From Chiloscyllium plagiosum (lineage: Eukaryota), in NCBI RefSeq assembly GCF_004010195.1, contig NC_057718.1:46603823-46667822 (forward strand): a stretch of DNA of 64,000 nucleotides, in the 5' to 3' direction. The position numbers and the translations under genes are program-made. The notes beneath the pieces are model-generated. The model was given only the letters and a program-made list of their open reading frames with translations. It made no database searches and was not told where the DNA came from. How positions within the stretch are numbered: the first letter of the stretch is position 1; the number at the start of each line of letters is the position of its first letter. Positions 23,500 through 35,567 of this stretch are shown in pieces.

Positions 23500-24660
23500 T
23501 GTTCTCTCCCCCATGCCTTAAAAAATGAAGCTCTCTTCATACTTTTATTTCTTTGTTTAAGTTGCATGTTATTTGTGTACATCACTTTCTCCTTCACGTG
23601 TCAAAACATGCACAGGGGCAATAGAAAAAGGGGGGAATCACTTACACAGGGCACAGATCTATTTCCAAAAACTCCACCTGATAGTTATTTTTTGATTTCG
23701 AGGGACACATTTTAGTTTTTGAGACTATTTTTTAAGTCTTATTAACTCCTTTATTAGGTGACACAGCCACATAATAATGTTACTTGCTGTCTATGTGTTG
23801 ATGGTATGATGCATTTGAATTCTCAGAGAAGCAGAATTAGAAGAGTTCATCAATATCATCAATAATTATCAATCCTCCGTTAAGTGTGAAGCCATAGCAT
23901 GCAGGAGGAAGGCATTGTTTTACTAGAGTTAAATTCATGCAGATATGTTAGCAACAAATTATTTTTGCAGAGTGACTGACATACACTTCTACACACAAAA
24001 AGCCATCACCGTAAACATTGCAGATTGGTGAAATCGCAGCAAATGCATTTCTATCATATGCTTAGATGGAGGAAATTTCTGCTCATTCATTATTGGATGT
24101 TGGACTAGCAGTGTGACAAATAGAAACATTGGGAGGTTCCAGGAGAGGTCGCAGTGAGTTGGAGTTGATTGTCATCTGTATGTGTGGAGCCTGATGTTTA
24201 TTCAGTCTATATCACCAGTTGGCAGCATGTGAATAAGAAAGCACGTTGCCCTGTGATAGATCATTCAGGGACTCCAAAAATAATGACAGAGAATTGAGAA
24301 GAGAAGCTTTTGCATGTTATTCTCTAGCTATAGTTTGAAAGATGAGAACAGAATCTAGCAAAGGCGGTTCCACCTAGCTGAACAATAGAGTTGGAGAATA
24401 CTGTGGTTCACTGTATCACAAGGATAAGGCGGGATAGTTTACCATGGTCATAATTACAAATGTGTAATTTGTGCTTTGATAAAGACCATTTCAGTAACAA
24501 GGTCATTGCTAATGATTATTGATTATCATTAAAAGATTTCTTGTGCTTGAAGTGACAACATAACTTCCTGTGCAAGTTAATTTATATCTACCATACAGAT
24601 GCAATAGCTTTCTAACAGTTGATGCATTCCAACCATGAGGCAGATATTCTCATTGCACTA

Positions 24661-25192
24661 TGTATAGGGTATAAACAGGCAGGGAAAGAGTTAAGTTCTG
24701 GGTTTTGTGAAACAAGATGTTCAGCTGAGCATGACTCAGGTCAGATAAGAATGGGGTGCTGGAGGCAAGGGTAATGGGTTAAAAAAGTGGAAAAGCATTC
24801 ATTGTGTAGAGCCACTTAACAAGATGAGGGAGCATTCAGTCTGTCACATCAGTTAACAAGGTGAAAAGTATTCATTATGTGAAGCCAGTTATTCATTGTG
24901 TAACAACAGATGGCTTAATCTTTCGATTGATATTCGTTGATTGTAATGGTCACCCAATTAATATGTATGTTGCCTTATCTGGATGCTCCTCCCTGTAAAA
25001 TGACTATGTACTTCATTGAGAAACTGCTGTTCCAGAGAAGACCGTAAACTCATGCCCCTGTGCACATGGGCGATCGTTCTCTCTTCCCTCAAGGGCCCGG
25101 AATAAAAATACAGGAGGTAAAACTATACTGTGTCTCTGAGCATTTTGCTTTGACTGGGGGGTGGCAGGGCGTGGAGGGGGAACGGGACAACA
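24661..25192 (+). mobile_element. Possible solo LTR
   Basis: TG...CA ends, internal direct repeats (AAAAG(C/T)ATTCATT(G/A)TGT), AATAAA at 25101; no TSD found. Confidence 0.4.
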
Positions 25193-25883
25193 AAATGCTA
25201 ATGGGAAAGATGCAGCAATTTAGATAGTGAGCTTTGATGTAGGCATTTAATCTTGCCTGAAGTTGCTGAACTATTTACACATAATTAACAGAATAGCACT
25301 AACCTCACCAGTAATTTCATCATTACCTGGCTTACTCTATCTGCCAATACATTTTTGAAGTAAATGTTTCTTGACTGCCATGATAACTATGAAGATTCAT
25401 TCCTGTTAACAAATGTTTTTGTCCTCTTGGTTGTTGAGATTCAGTAATCTTACGAGTTTATAGTATTCAGATTCTGAGCAGAATCATTTTTTTTTCTTTT
25501 TCCCCCTGCTTCCCAATCTCAAACTATGAGAGAAAATCTGACTCACAAAACATGGTGACCCAGACCACACCTTTTCAGTTGGTATATTTATGGCAAGTGA
25601 ACTTGTAGTGTCTTTCTGAAAACTCCCATCTTCGGGCTAAACAAAGTTGCACCCCAAAAATGTGCTTTTGCTTAATGTTTATAAAATTCTGGCAAGGTTG
25701 TGAGAGCACTTTTTCAACTAACTGACCAACGAGTCACCAAAATTATAGTTACAAATCTTTAATTGTGCAATTGCTACTGAAAAAACTTCTGTGAACAGTA
25801 TTTGTAAGTGAAGACTAAGAAATCAGATTGAATAGCTGTCAAAGTTGATTTGGCTACCAGTCCCTAGATCAATTACTTTGGTG

Positions 25884-26533
25884 AGTTTTGAGAAGGTTTG
25901 TATCTCAGTTGAGGTTCTGGATGTAGGTTTGCTCACTGGGCTGGAAGGTTCATCTTCAGATGTTTCGTCACCATACTAGGTAACATCCTCAGTGAGCCTC
26001 TGGACTAAGCACTGTGGATGTTTCCTGCTTTCTGTTTACATGTTTGGGTTTCTTTGGGTTGGTGATGTCATTTCCTGTGCTGGTCATTTTGTGTTCTTTT
26101 TCTCAGGGAGTTGTAATTGGAGTCCAAGTCAATGTGTTTGTTGGTAGAGTTCTGGTTGGAAGGCCATTCTCTCTCACTAGTATCCTTACATACAGATAAG
26201 GAAGGACACCATTTTAACTGAGACAACACATCCATCCTAGGACAAGCCAAACAGAGACATGCACGTGAATTCCTGGAATCATGGCATTCCAACCGGAAGT
26301 TATTCAACAAACACATTGACTTGGATTCCATTTACCATCCCCTGAGAAAAAGAACAGGAAATTACATCACCATTGGAAATGGCATCACCAACCCAAAAAA
26401 ACCCAGACAAATAAATAGAAAGCAGGAACATCAGCAGTGCTTCGTCCAGAGGCTCACTGATGATGTTACCTAGTATGGTGACAAAATGTCTGAAAATGAA
26501 CCTTCCAGCTCAGCGAGCAAACCTACACCCAGG
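25884..26533. mobile_element. Truncated Penelope-like element with inverted termini and an 11-bp TSD
   Basis: TTACTTTGGTG at 25873-25883 and 26534-26544; GIY-YIG C-terminal reading HTDKEGHHFN*DNTSILGQAKQRHAREFLESWHS on +; inverted copy of the 3' end at ~25917-26165. Confidence 0.88.
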
Positions 26534-27603
26534 TTACTTTGGTGTGGGTTATAGTGTCCATTTTGAATGTAGTTCAAAATAAATTTCGTTTCTTAAGGGG
26601 TTGGAGTACCTAAATGTATTGGGCTTCGTGACATAATGTGAGTAAAGGAACCCAAGTTGTTGTTTGGGTGGATATGTTTGCCCTCCTTTCCATTCTCTCT
26701 GCTGCTGTATGCCATTGGGTGCAACTGCTTCTGTAATAAGGATGCTGTGCTTTGCCAACTTTGCCTTTGAGGTCTTCAAAAATGTCTTATAACTATCAAA
26801 AGTACAAGTACCTTTGAAGGAAACCACAGTGTTCAGTTAAGTATAACAATACTATGCAGTTCAGTAATGCCACATATACTTAGCCGTTGCGTCTCCAATG
26901 CATGTACCATCACTTGCTGCAGTGTACTAACATGCCTGCATCTAATTTTGATTTTGAGCATTTTAATGTAATGTCAAGAAATATGGAAAAGGGCTTAGCT
27001 AAATGTTTGCGATTGTGTATGGCTCAGTTAACAAACATGTTGGTAACATGATGTGAGAGTCTTAACCTGCAACCTAGGTTGTCTATCTTTTTGGATTTCT
27101 ATTTGGGTACCCCATGGTTAGTGGAGTGAATAGTGGGCCTCCATTATTGACTCAGGACCTGGGACTTTGCTTGTGATGTGATGATAGTCATTAATCTAGG
27201 TATGATTTACCAGGTTTATTTAGGAATGGCACTTGGTTTTCTGTGAGCAGTTCATACATCAATTGTTATGCCATTTGGGGAGGTACGTATAAGGAATCCC
27301 TCAGAACTTTTAAGTTGTACCTAGTTATACATTTAATGGAATGATGTTATGTGTGCGCTACAAGTGTCCAGAAAGGATGATATCAAGTCTTGGTGTTGCT
27401 TAGACATTTTATGCCTTTTAAATTTAGAGCTTTTAACAAAGTAATCCAACAATAGTTCACAATGCACAATGCAAATAAACACCAGATAGGGTTTGGACAT
27501 TTTAAGAACTATGATTGAAAAGAGAGATTTTGTAATGGCTTTAAAGACAGACTGTGATGTGAATGCATTCCAAGAACAGGACCAGTTCTTCTGAAGGCTA
27601 CAG

Positions 27604-28244
27604 TGTTAGGTTCTTTTCTCAAGGTTTCACACACGAGATGCAATTCCCACACACCAACTTATGCAAACAGTTAAAAGTTATTAAAGCTTGTACAGGCTAG
27701 ATGACCTCTTTGACCCTCTTTGCAGGCATGCAAACTCGAGTCAAAGAGAGACCCCGAACAAAGAACACATCCTTTTATACAGGTCAGTTGGCAATGCTTT
27801 CAGATACTCTGGCCACTCCCCCATAGTCACATGCCACTCAAAACAACTCCCAGCCACTCCCTCACAGTCACACATTACCCCAAGTACATTGGTTAGATGA
27901 GATCATTTTTGGAGATAATGTAAATATAAATGCCCTTATCTTGGAAAATCATTATGCAGATGATTTCCTGACTCTGTTTCCCCAAGACAATGCAGGCACG
28001 ACACAACTAGCTTTGGGGGATGGCTATGAAGGCATTTCTGAATGGAAGGCACTGAATGATAGTTTAATTTGATAATAGTAAGGGAGTAGTGGCAAATTTC
28101 TGTCTAAATTGAATGGGAGTCATCCACATTCCTGCATGAATGTCATCCCCACACACTTTCAGAATGTTCAGTCAGTGCAGTTTAACCCTTTGATATTACA
28201 TTAATGTCCAGAGAGATATTACAAGTTAATCTTTTAACATAACA
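27604..28244 (-). repeat. 3' LTR
   Basis: Clearly homologous to 30867-31460, with an extra ~38-bp internal duplication; preceded on the minus strand by the polypurine tract AAAAGGGTGGAA (28245-28256). Confidence 0.92.
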
Positions 28245-28598
28245 TTCCACCCTTTTGTCATTCCATGATAACCACCTCGATGACACTACCAGCTTTCATA
28301 AGACTCTGACAGCCAGTATTTAAGCAAGTTATTGATATACAACATGCAATCTTTATAACAACAAAAATTACTCACCCATGCAGTAAATAGAACTTGGAGA
28401 ATCCTCCCACGTGGAAAAAAAGTTCACCAATAAAGTTCTTAATCCACAGTCCATAGTGACCAGTCCGTCCCCTTCGAGTCGAGTGGCAATGAGCCAGTTA
28501 TCCAAAACTTTCTTCAGTAAAGTCCACCCTGAAAACAAAATTCAGTCTATCTTTGCCCACCACTCCTTAATTCTTGGTAAAGGGCAGTTAAATGGTGA

Positions 28599-28923
28599 AC
28601 AAAACTAATGGACTTCCATCATTGCAGAGATGCTTCACATGGAGGATACTTCAGATGGAGTGTGAAATGCAGCAGCTGCAACTGCAGCAACAGCCTGGGT
28701 GAATGCATCATTCTTTCGCTGCGTCTGCTCCCACTCTGCTGTTAAGTGTAACAAAGCCAACTGGCTGTTGTGATGTTAGCTTCATCAGTGAACCGTCATA
28801 TTCCTTAAATGATTGAAAGACAAGGTAAAGCTCATGTGCTTTAATGTCCATAGGAAGGCCACTGACAAAAAGCGTACAGACCGCCTCTTCACCATCGTTA
28901 GTTTCTTCACTTTTCATGCTCAT
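28599..28923 (-). pseudogene. RBPMS2: Processed, internally deleted RBPMS2-like (RRM) retrocopy inside the LTR element
   Basis: [59 protein letters not shown] matches the RBPMS/RBPMS2 RRM; downstream shifted frames give AFTQAVAAVAAAAFH and YPPCEASLQ*WKS..FC, the family C-terminus; no introns. RBPMS2 versus RBPMS is less certain than the family call. Confidence 0.88.
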
Positions 28924-30845
28924 GATGGTGGAGCTGATTGGATCAGGTTGTGGAGGGGAGGGTGGTAGTCTGAAGGTGTGCTTTACCAGTGAATGGAGAA
29001 ACTCTAGAGACGATGTTAGCTACTGAAAGTATCTTTGCATTTCCTCTCTCATTCCTTCCTTTCCAAGGTGGTTATCAGTGTGATAACAGTCACACGTTTA
29101 ACTACACTCAATTATGTCTGCCTATTCCAACATTCTCAGTTGTCTTGAAGTTTGTTACTCGTTCACTATTTATGACATTATCAAGTTTTATACAATCCAT
29201 AGACTTCAAAATTTTACTGCTTAAACAATTCAGTCATTTATAAACAACAGTCAATGATCCTAAAATCAAGCTTTCGGATATCCCATTCAGGTTATTCAAA
29301 TTTTTTTTCTTTTTAACAAATTAATACTTGGCTAATGTGAAAGCTGTCAGGAAAAGTAGTTCAATAAGCTAGAATAGCAAGAAAACAACAAAATGTTTCC
29401 TGTGCTTAAGCCATTTAAGAGGCAGTTTCAGTTCAGTTTTAAATCTCAACTATTCATGGGAAACAAGTGCAGAATATATTAAGATATGTTCTCCAAATAA
29501 AACTTTCCAAATAAAATAGTCAGAATTACAGTGGCAACTCTAGTAGAGATTAATATTCTTTGAATTTACAATATGAAGGGGGCCAATGAAGTCTTAACAA
29601 TAATAGAAAGAACTTAAACAGCTCAGCTTAAGTTCTAATATTCTCTAAAATCTTAGCAAAACATCAAAATTAAAATGCCGTCTTCTTTTTGTGAACATTC
29701 TGCATTTTAAAAATAAGCAAAGATAATTTAATACAATAATCTCATCTGGCTAAGGCATGACCACTGACACAATTGTTTTTTAAACAGGCATTCTAGAATT
29801 TCAGACAAATCAGGGGCTCAAAGACCTCAATCAATTTATTTTAAGGTTTCAAGTTTGATCATTTAAAAAGGACATAATATTGTACAATTTTATTTAAAAA
29901 CAAAATCTGCCCTGTTATATAGCCCACATGACACACTGAATTGAGATTCTGATTCAAACAAGGCTAAACAGTCAATTAAAAGGATTTTCTAAACCAGGAT
30001 TTTAACAAACCAAAATATTTAAATATCAAACACTTCCAGTATGCCATAATTTATATTGAAACTTCCTTTTTTCAACCCAAGTGCTAGTACAACCTTAATT
30101 TCAGTGTTTCTCTTTTTTTTCCATTCTCTCAATGAAATTACACTTTTATAAAAAGAGAAATCCCTTGCAGTTGACCACATGGCACCGCAGTCCAAGCTCT
30201 CTTCCCCCCCAGAACAAAGACACATCGAGTTGAGTCCACAGCTCAGAAACTGAGACTCTCACAACAAAAGCCTGGACAAAGCTTCCCGTCAGTTAACGCA
30301 CTTCATTGTCAGGATCCGAGCAGACCGGCTCCACTTTCTCCCACATTTGCCAGTGACACATGCTGTCCTAACAGTACTTCTCAGGGGAGGTATGGGGGAT
30401 AAAGGCAATAACTCTAAGAAAGGGGGTGTGTGGAGAATAAAGGCGATAACTTCAAGACGTACCAGATTCTAACAATTTTTATTCCTGCTCTGGAGCCTCA
30501 AACCTCATGTTTGTAGAGGACTTTAAACTCCTTTTTTCCCTTGAGGACTTAATCCCTTTCTCACTTTACTTTTCATGGGGACTCGAACCCCATTTTTAGT
30601 CTTTATGTCAGGAGACTCTAACCCCAATCACAACCCAGGTTTGTGCAAAGCAACTTTGTGTGCAAGCGTGTGAGTGACCTCAAAGATTCCGTCACTACCA
30701 AGTCCCAGCAGACGAGGGGTCGATTGAGTATTAAATTTAGAGAGAGAGATCAAGGTGAAGCTTATCTTGTGGGCGCATCCATCTTACGCAACCAATACTC
30801 CGATGAACGATTATTCAATCTACCTGGAAGCTCCGTGTATGTTGG

Positions 30846-30864
30846 AATCCCACCACTGCCACCA
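30846..30864 (-). other. Primer-binding site complementary to the tRNA-Leu 3' end
   Basis: Minus strand TGGTGGCAGTGGTGGGATT, 2 nt from the 5' LTR; the plus strand equals the vertebrate tRNA-Leu(UAG/AAG-type) 3' end AATCCCACCACTGCCA plus CCA. Confidence 0.88.
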
Positions 30865-30866
30865 TA

Positions 30867-31460
30867 TGTTAGGTTCTTTTCCCGAGGTTTTACACACGAG
30901 ATGCAATTTGCACACACCAACTTCTGCAAACAGTTAAAAATTTATTAAAGCCTGAACACGCTGTGTGACCCTTTAACCCTCTTTGCAGGCATGCAAAGTC
31001 GAGTCAAAGAGAGATCCTGAACAAAGAAAACACATCACCTTTATACAAATCAGTTGGCAATGCTTACAGATACTCTGGCCACTCCCTCACAGTCACATGT
31101 TGCCCCAAGTACATTGGTAAAATGAGATCATCCTTGGAGATAACGCAAATATAAATGCCCTAATCTTGGGGAATTGTTATGCAGACGATTTCCTGACTCA
31201 GTGATCCCCCAAGACAATGCAGGTGTGACATACCTAGCTTTGGGGATGGCTATGATGGCATTTCTGAATGGAAGGCACTGAATGATAATAGTAGGGGAGT
31301 AGTGGCAAATGTCTGTCTAAATGGAGTGGGAGTCATCCACATTGCTGCATGAATGTTGTCCCCGCACACTTTCAGAATGTTCAGTCAGTGTAGTTTTAAC
31401 CCTTTAATATTACATTCATGTCCAGAGAGAGATATTCCCATTTAATCTTTTAACATTACA
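30867..31460 (-). repeat. 5' LTR
   Basis: Homologous to 27604-28244; on the minus strand TATAAA (~31039-31044) precedes AATAAA (30941-30946); outer end is either 31455 or 31460. Confidence 0.92.
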
Positions 31461-32589
31461 GTAATACCCACCAACAGGATCAAGAGATGGAGGAGGACTT
31501 AATGACTTAAATATTGGAATCAAATCGATTAAATATTTGAACGTTGTAGAGATGGAGGAGTGTAAGGAGTTCAGGTTTCATAAAGGCCATTGAGGGCATT
31601 TTGAGTTTTTTTTTAAATGAGGACCTGGATTTTTGTTGAGTTGGGTCAACTTCAGAGACTTTTACAAACGGTGGATAGGACGGATTCTGAGATTCCCATC
31701 TTCATTTCAATTTCGGATAGCTTGCCTGTACACTGCGCCCACAAACTGGCTGCTTCCATTGCAGGGGTAAGCACCTTGGGCATTATATGCACTCCCACAA
31801 TTTTATTGGACACTAGGCAGTTTCTATAGGATATGATGTTCATGACCTGTGAACCAATTCTGGATTCAGAAACCTATTAATAAGTAAGAGTAAAACGTCT
31901 TACACTACCCCTTGAAATGTTGTATGTCTTCTTACATACTCGTGTGCCACCCCCACCCCTAGCTGCAGCCCAATGCTCCATGCCCATTCAATTAGTATGC
32001 TTTATTTACTGAAAGGTAGCCATATAACAATAGTGACAAGTGTTTAAAATACCTAGTGAAATGAAAAGTGTCTGGAGTTGCGCTATTGCTCTTACAATCC
32101 TATAAAACCAGACACAGCTATTCACAGTATCAGTAACAGAAGCTTTACTCTTTCTCATACTGCTTATTTTTGTCCAAATAAGCCCACATATTGAAACATT
32201 ATATCTAAGGAAGAAAAATTTACTTTCACTGCATGAAGATGTCAGTCATCAAAGCTAACGCTGTCATTTTAAATTGTGCAAATAGACCGTTGCTGAGCTG
32301 ATTATGCTAGTGGTTCTTGGAACTCTGCCAAGCATTCACGACAAGGCTATTTGGCAACTGCATTAATAAAAACAGATGGCCAGATATCTCGTTCGTGAAG
32401 TGGCCTCATAATTTTCAAAAGAATTACTCCTTTTTTGAAATGGTTAATCACTTTCAAAGAATTCAACAAGACTTAACTTTGAGAATCAGTAACGTGTATG
32501 ACATTTTTACCTTGACCTTCACCACTACCTCTCTTGGGTCCTCCGTTATTTGTGGATTATCATGCTGCTTATTTGATATTCAGCACTGG

Positions 32590-33580
32590 ATGAGCAAAAA
32601 ATGAAAGTATCATAAAGAATGAAGCTACTGTTTTTGGCCCCACTGCAAACCTTGTTCCTTGGATACCAACTCAATTTCTATCCCTGGCAACAATCTGAGA
32701 TTGTTTGTTCACAGTTTTGGTTTTGTATTTGACCCCAAAATGACATTGCAATCACAGGTTTGCATCATTATTACGGCACCTATTTCCCCCTCCATAACAT
32801 TGTATAATTTTGCTTCTGTCTTATCTCACCTGCTTGTGAAACCATCAATATATATTATTCCAAAACACCCAAGGATTGTCTCCCACATTCTATCCTGTGT
32901 AAACTTAAGTTTATTCAAATTCTGCTGTCTTTGTAATAATTCAGACTAGGATCCATTCACCAGTGATCCCATTGCTCACTTTTTAAAAACATTTGATCAT
33001 GAAACAATATTGTTACTGGCTAGGGCAGCACTAACTGCCATCCCCTAATTGCAATAGCGAAAGTGAAAGTGAGCTGCTTTCTTGAACTACTGCAGTTCTT
33101 AGGATGTAAGGTTCTTAGTCCTGTTAGGTAGGGAGTGCGAGTAATTTGGTCTAGTGACAGTGAAAGGACAGTAATTTAATTCAAAATCATGTCAAGCAGT
33201 GTCTTGATTTTTATAAGTTTCACTCTTGTTTCCAAATATCTCCATATCTCTTCCGTACCACTATATTTTCCAGCTCCAGTGACCACTGAGGTATCTGTTC
33301 TTAGCTAATTCTAGCCTCTTAGACATCCAGGAATTGAACCTTTCCACTATTTGTGGCAATCCCCTTCAGTTTCCTCAGCACAAAGCTTTTGGAATTCCCT
33401 ACCTTAAACTGCTCCATCTCTTCACCTTCCTTTCTTCTTCAAATTACTCTTCACAATTTATGCTTTGATCAAGCTTTTTGACATCTGATGCCTCCTCATG
33501 TAGCTCAGTGTTATATTTTGCTTTATGATATTCCGGTGAATTGTCTTGGCATTTTATTATGTTAAAGTTCAGTGTAACTA
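32590..33580 (+). mobile_element. Old L2-like LINE 3' fragments
   Basis: FGFVFDPKMTLQSQV-type RT C-terminal reading and an L2-like tail; a related fragment lies at ~55300-56430. Confidence 0.5.
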
Positions 33581-34077
33581 TGTTATCAGTTATGTGATAA
33601 TATGATAGTAAACTAACTGTGCCAAGTTATTTCCTTATTTAAGCTGCTGTGGTTCATCCAAACTTAAGCTCCAGGGACTAGAATTCAATGAGATTAATGT
33701 TAATTTATTAGGTTTTATATTTACAAGACTTTTTCATTATTTCTCCAGCAATTGCCTTTTTCATCCAAGAGTAGATCTGTTCTCAGGTTAAGAGATGTGT
33801 GCATAATGCCCAAGGTGGGTGCATGTTTCTCCTTTCTCTCTCTGTGGGAAATGAGAAGTTGTTGGCTTCCCCTATTTATTGCAACGTGCCTGAAACCACA
33901 GTGATATATATTCTTTAAGAATTCATCACTACAAATTGAAGTGTTCTCAACTATGCCGATTAAGGTATCATGTAATAACTAGGATCGCAATGAAACATTG
34001 GCATATAACATTGTTGTCTAATTCTAATATAAAATTCTGTGATATCGTTTTTCTCAATTGTAATCTCTTTCCAGTAG

Positions 34078-34328
34078 GGGCAGTGCATAGGAAATGGGAG
34101 GATTTTACTTCATTATACAAGAGCGACCAAGGTACTAGTGAATCAAAAGATGCTTCGAATGGAAAACAGAAGGAAGGTTTTGATTTTTCAGTGATGTCGT
34201 ACAATATTCTGGCACAGGATTTGTTGGAAGACAATAGTCATTTGTATAAACATTGCAGTCAGTCCTTGTTGCAATGGGGATTCCGATTTCCCAACATCCT
34301 TAAGGAACTGAAACAGTTGGATGCAGAT
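34078..34328 (+). CDS. ANGEL2: ANGEL2 coding exon 3 (start of EEP domain); alternative start at 34075
   Basis: CAGTAG tandem acceptor; FDFSVMSYNILAQDLLEDNSHLYKHC...WGFRFPNILKELKQLDAD; donor GTAAGT at 34329, phase 0. Confidence 0.96.
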
Positions 34329-35567
34329 GTAAGTAGTTCAATTAAATGCATTCCTATACATCTTCCTAAAGGCTTAATGTATGTGAATTTCATGGTGATG
34401 TACCATACAAACCAGAAAATTCCTAAAGCTGATGTCTGCTCAGTCAACAGGAAGGAGGGAAAGCTAATTTGCCTCCATTTCCCAAACCTAAACAAGATTC
34501 TTGCTCATTTCTGATCACTCATCCAGACTGAAAAGGTGCAAAAATGTAGCTACAGGTAAGGACAGGGTTGATTGGGCTTTTGAGTACCCCCAGATGATGC
34601 AGGAAATTGGAATTTACATTAAAAATAAAAGTTACTCAAGTAGGCAAAGGACACCTGTGAACTTGCCTGTATATCCAAATAAAAGTAACAGATTAAAGGA
34701 GACAACAAATAAAGAAAGGAAAAATGGTTGTGAGTAGGATATGTAGACAGAGACACTTGCAGATGTTCTGTAGAGTGCACTGCACTATTGACTGAGAAAG
34801 TATTATTTTAACTAACATGCTCAGACATATTCTACACACCGCTGAAACAAGTGGAACTTGAACCTGGCCCTTAGAGCCTGAATATAATAAAACACTGAAT
34901 TCTGGTTGCTGAAAATGTGAAACAAAAGCAGAAATAGTTTGATAAGCTCAGTAGTCTTATAGTGCCTGTGGAGAACAAACAGAAATAGCGTTAAAATGTC
35001 CAGTGACCGTTCTTCAAGACTGGCCTGAAGGCAGAAACACTACCACTGCTCTACAAGAGCCCTGACTGGTAGAATTATGCCCCTTCACATTTATTGACTT
35101 CTTATTCTTAAACGTGAATATTTATTTAGGGAAGAGGAGCAGGTGTTATTTGTGCCAGTGTTATAACTTGATTTGGAAACTGTTTAATGAGGACAGAAAC
35201 ATGGGAATCGAGTCCAAGACTAGATCAGGATCATATGGTCTGTTCATCCCTTTTTTTAAATATTATTATCATTTTTCACAAACGGAAAGCAAATGCTTAA
35301 AATATTGGGTGAAATGTGTATCTTGCAACAAAAAACAGAAATTGCCAAAGAAACTCAGCAAGTCTGGCAAAATCTGTGGAGAGAAAGCAAAGTTAACATT
35401 TTGAGTCCAATGACCCTGAAGATCACTACACCACAAGAACCCTGGCTGGCAGTCTTATCCCCATTCATATTCATTCTGTTCCTATTCTTAAACTTCAATT
35501 TTCCTTAAGAGAAGGAGAGCAGATGTAAATTGAGCTGTTACTTGTGCCAGTTGTATAGAGTATTCTC

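Larger units (their letters stand above)
27604..31460 (-). mobile_element. Non-autonomous LTR retroelement/ERV-like insertion carrying a captured host cDNA
   Basis: Two direct LTRs (27604-28244 and 30867-31460), TG...CA ends, tRNA-Leu PBS, PPT, TACAG at both ends (27599-27603 and 31457-31461); no intact gag/pol/env ORF in the 2.6-kb interior. Confidence 0.92.

Noticed and set aside
28708..28923. RBPMS2-like ORF as a functional nested gene
   Set aside because: It is intronless, truncated within the RRM, carries substitutions at conserved positions, has stops and frameshifts downstream, and lies inside an LTR element
30841..30864. tRNA-Leu gene
   Set aside because: Only the 3' end is present, including CCA, adjacent to an LTR: a primer-binding site, not a gene
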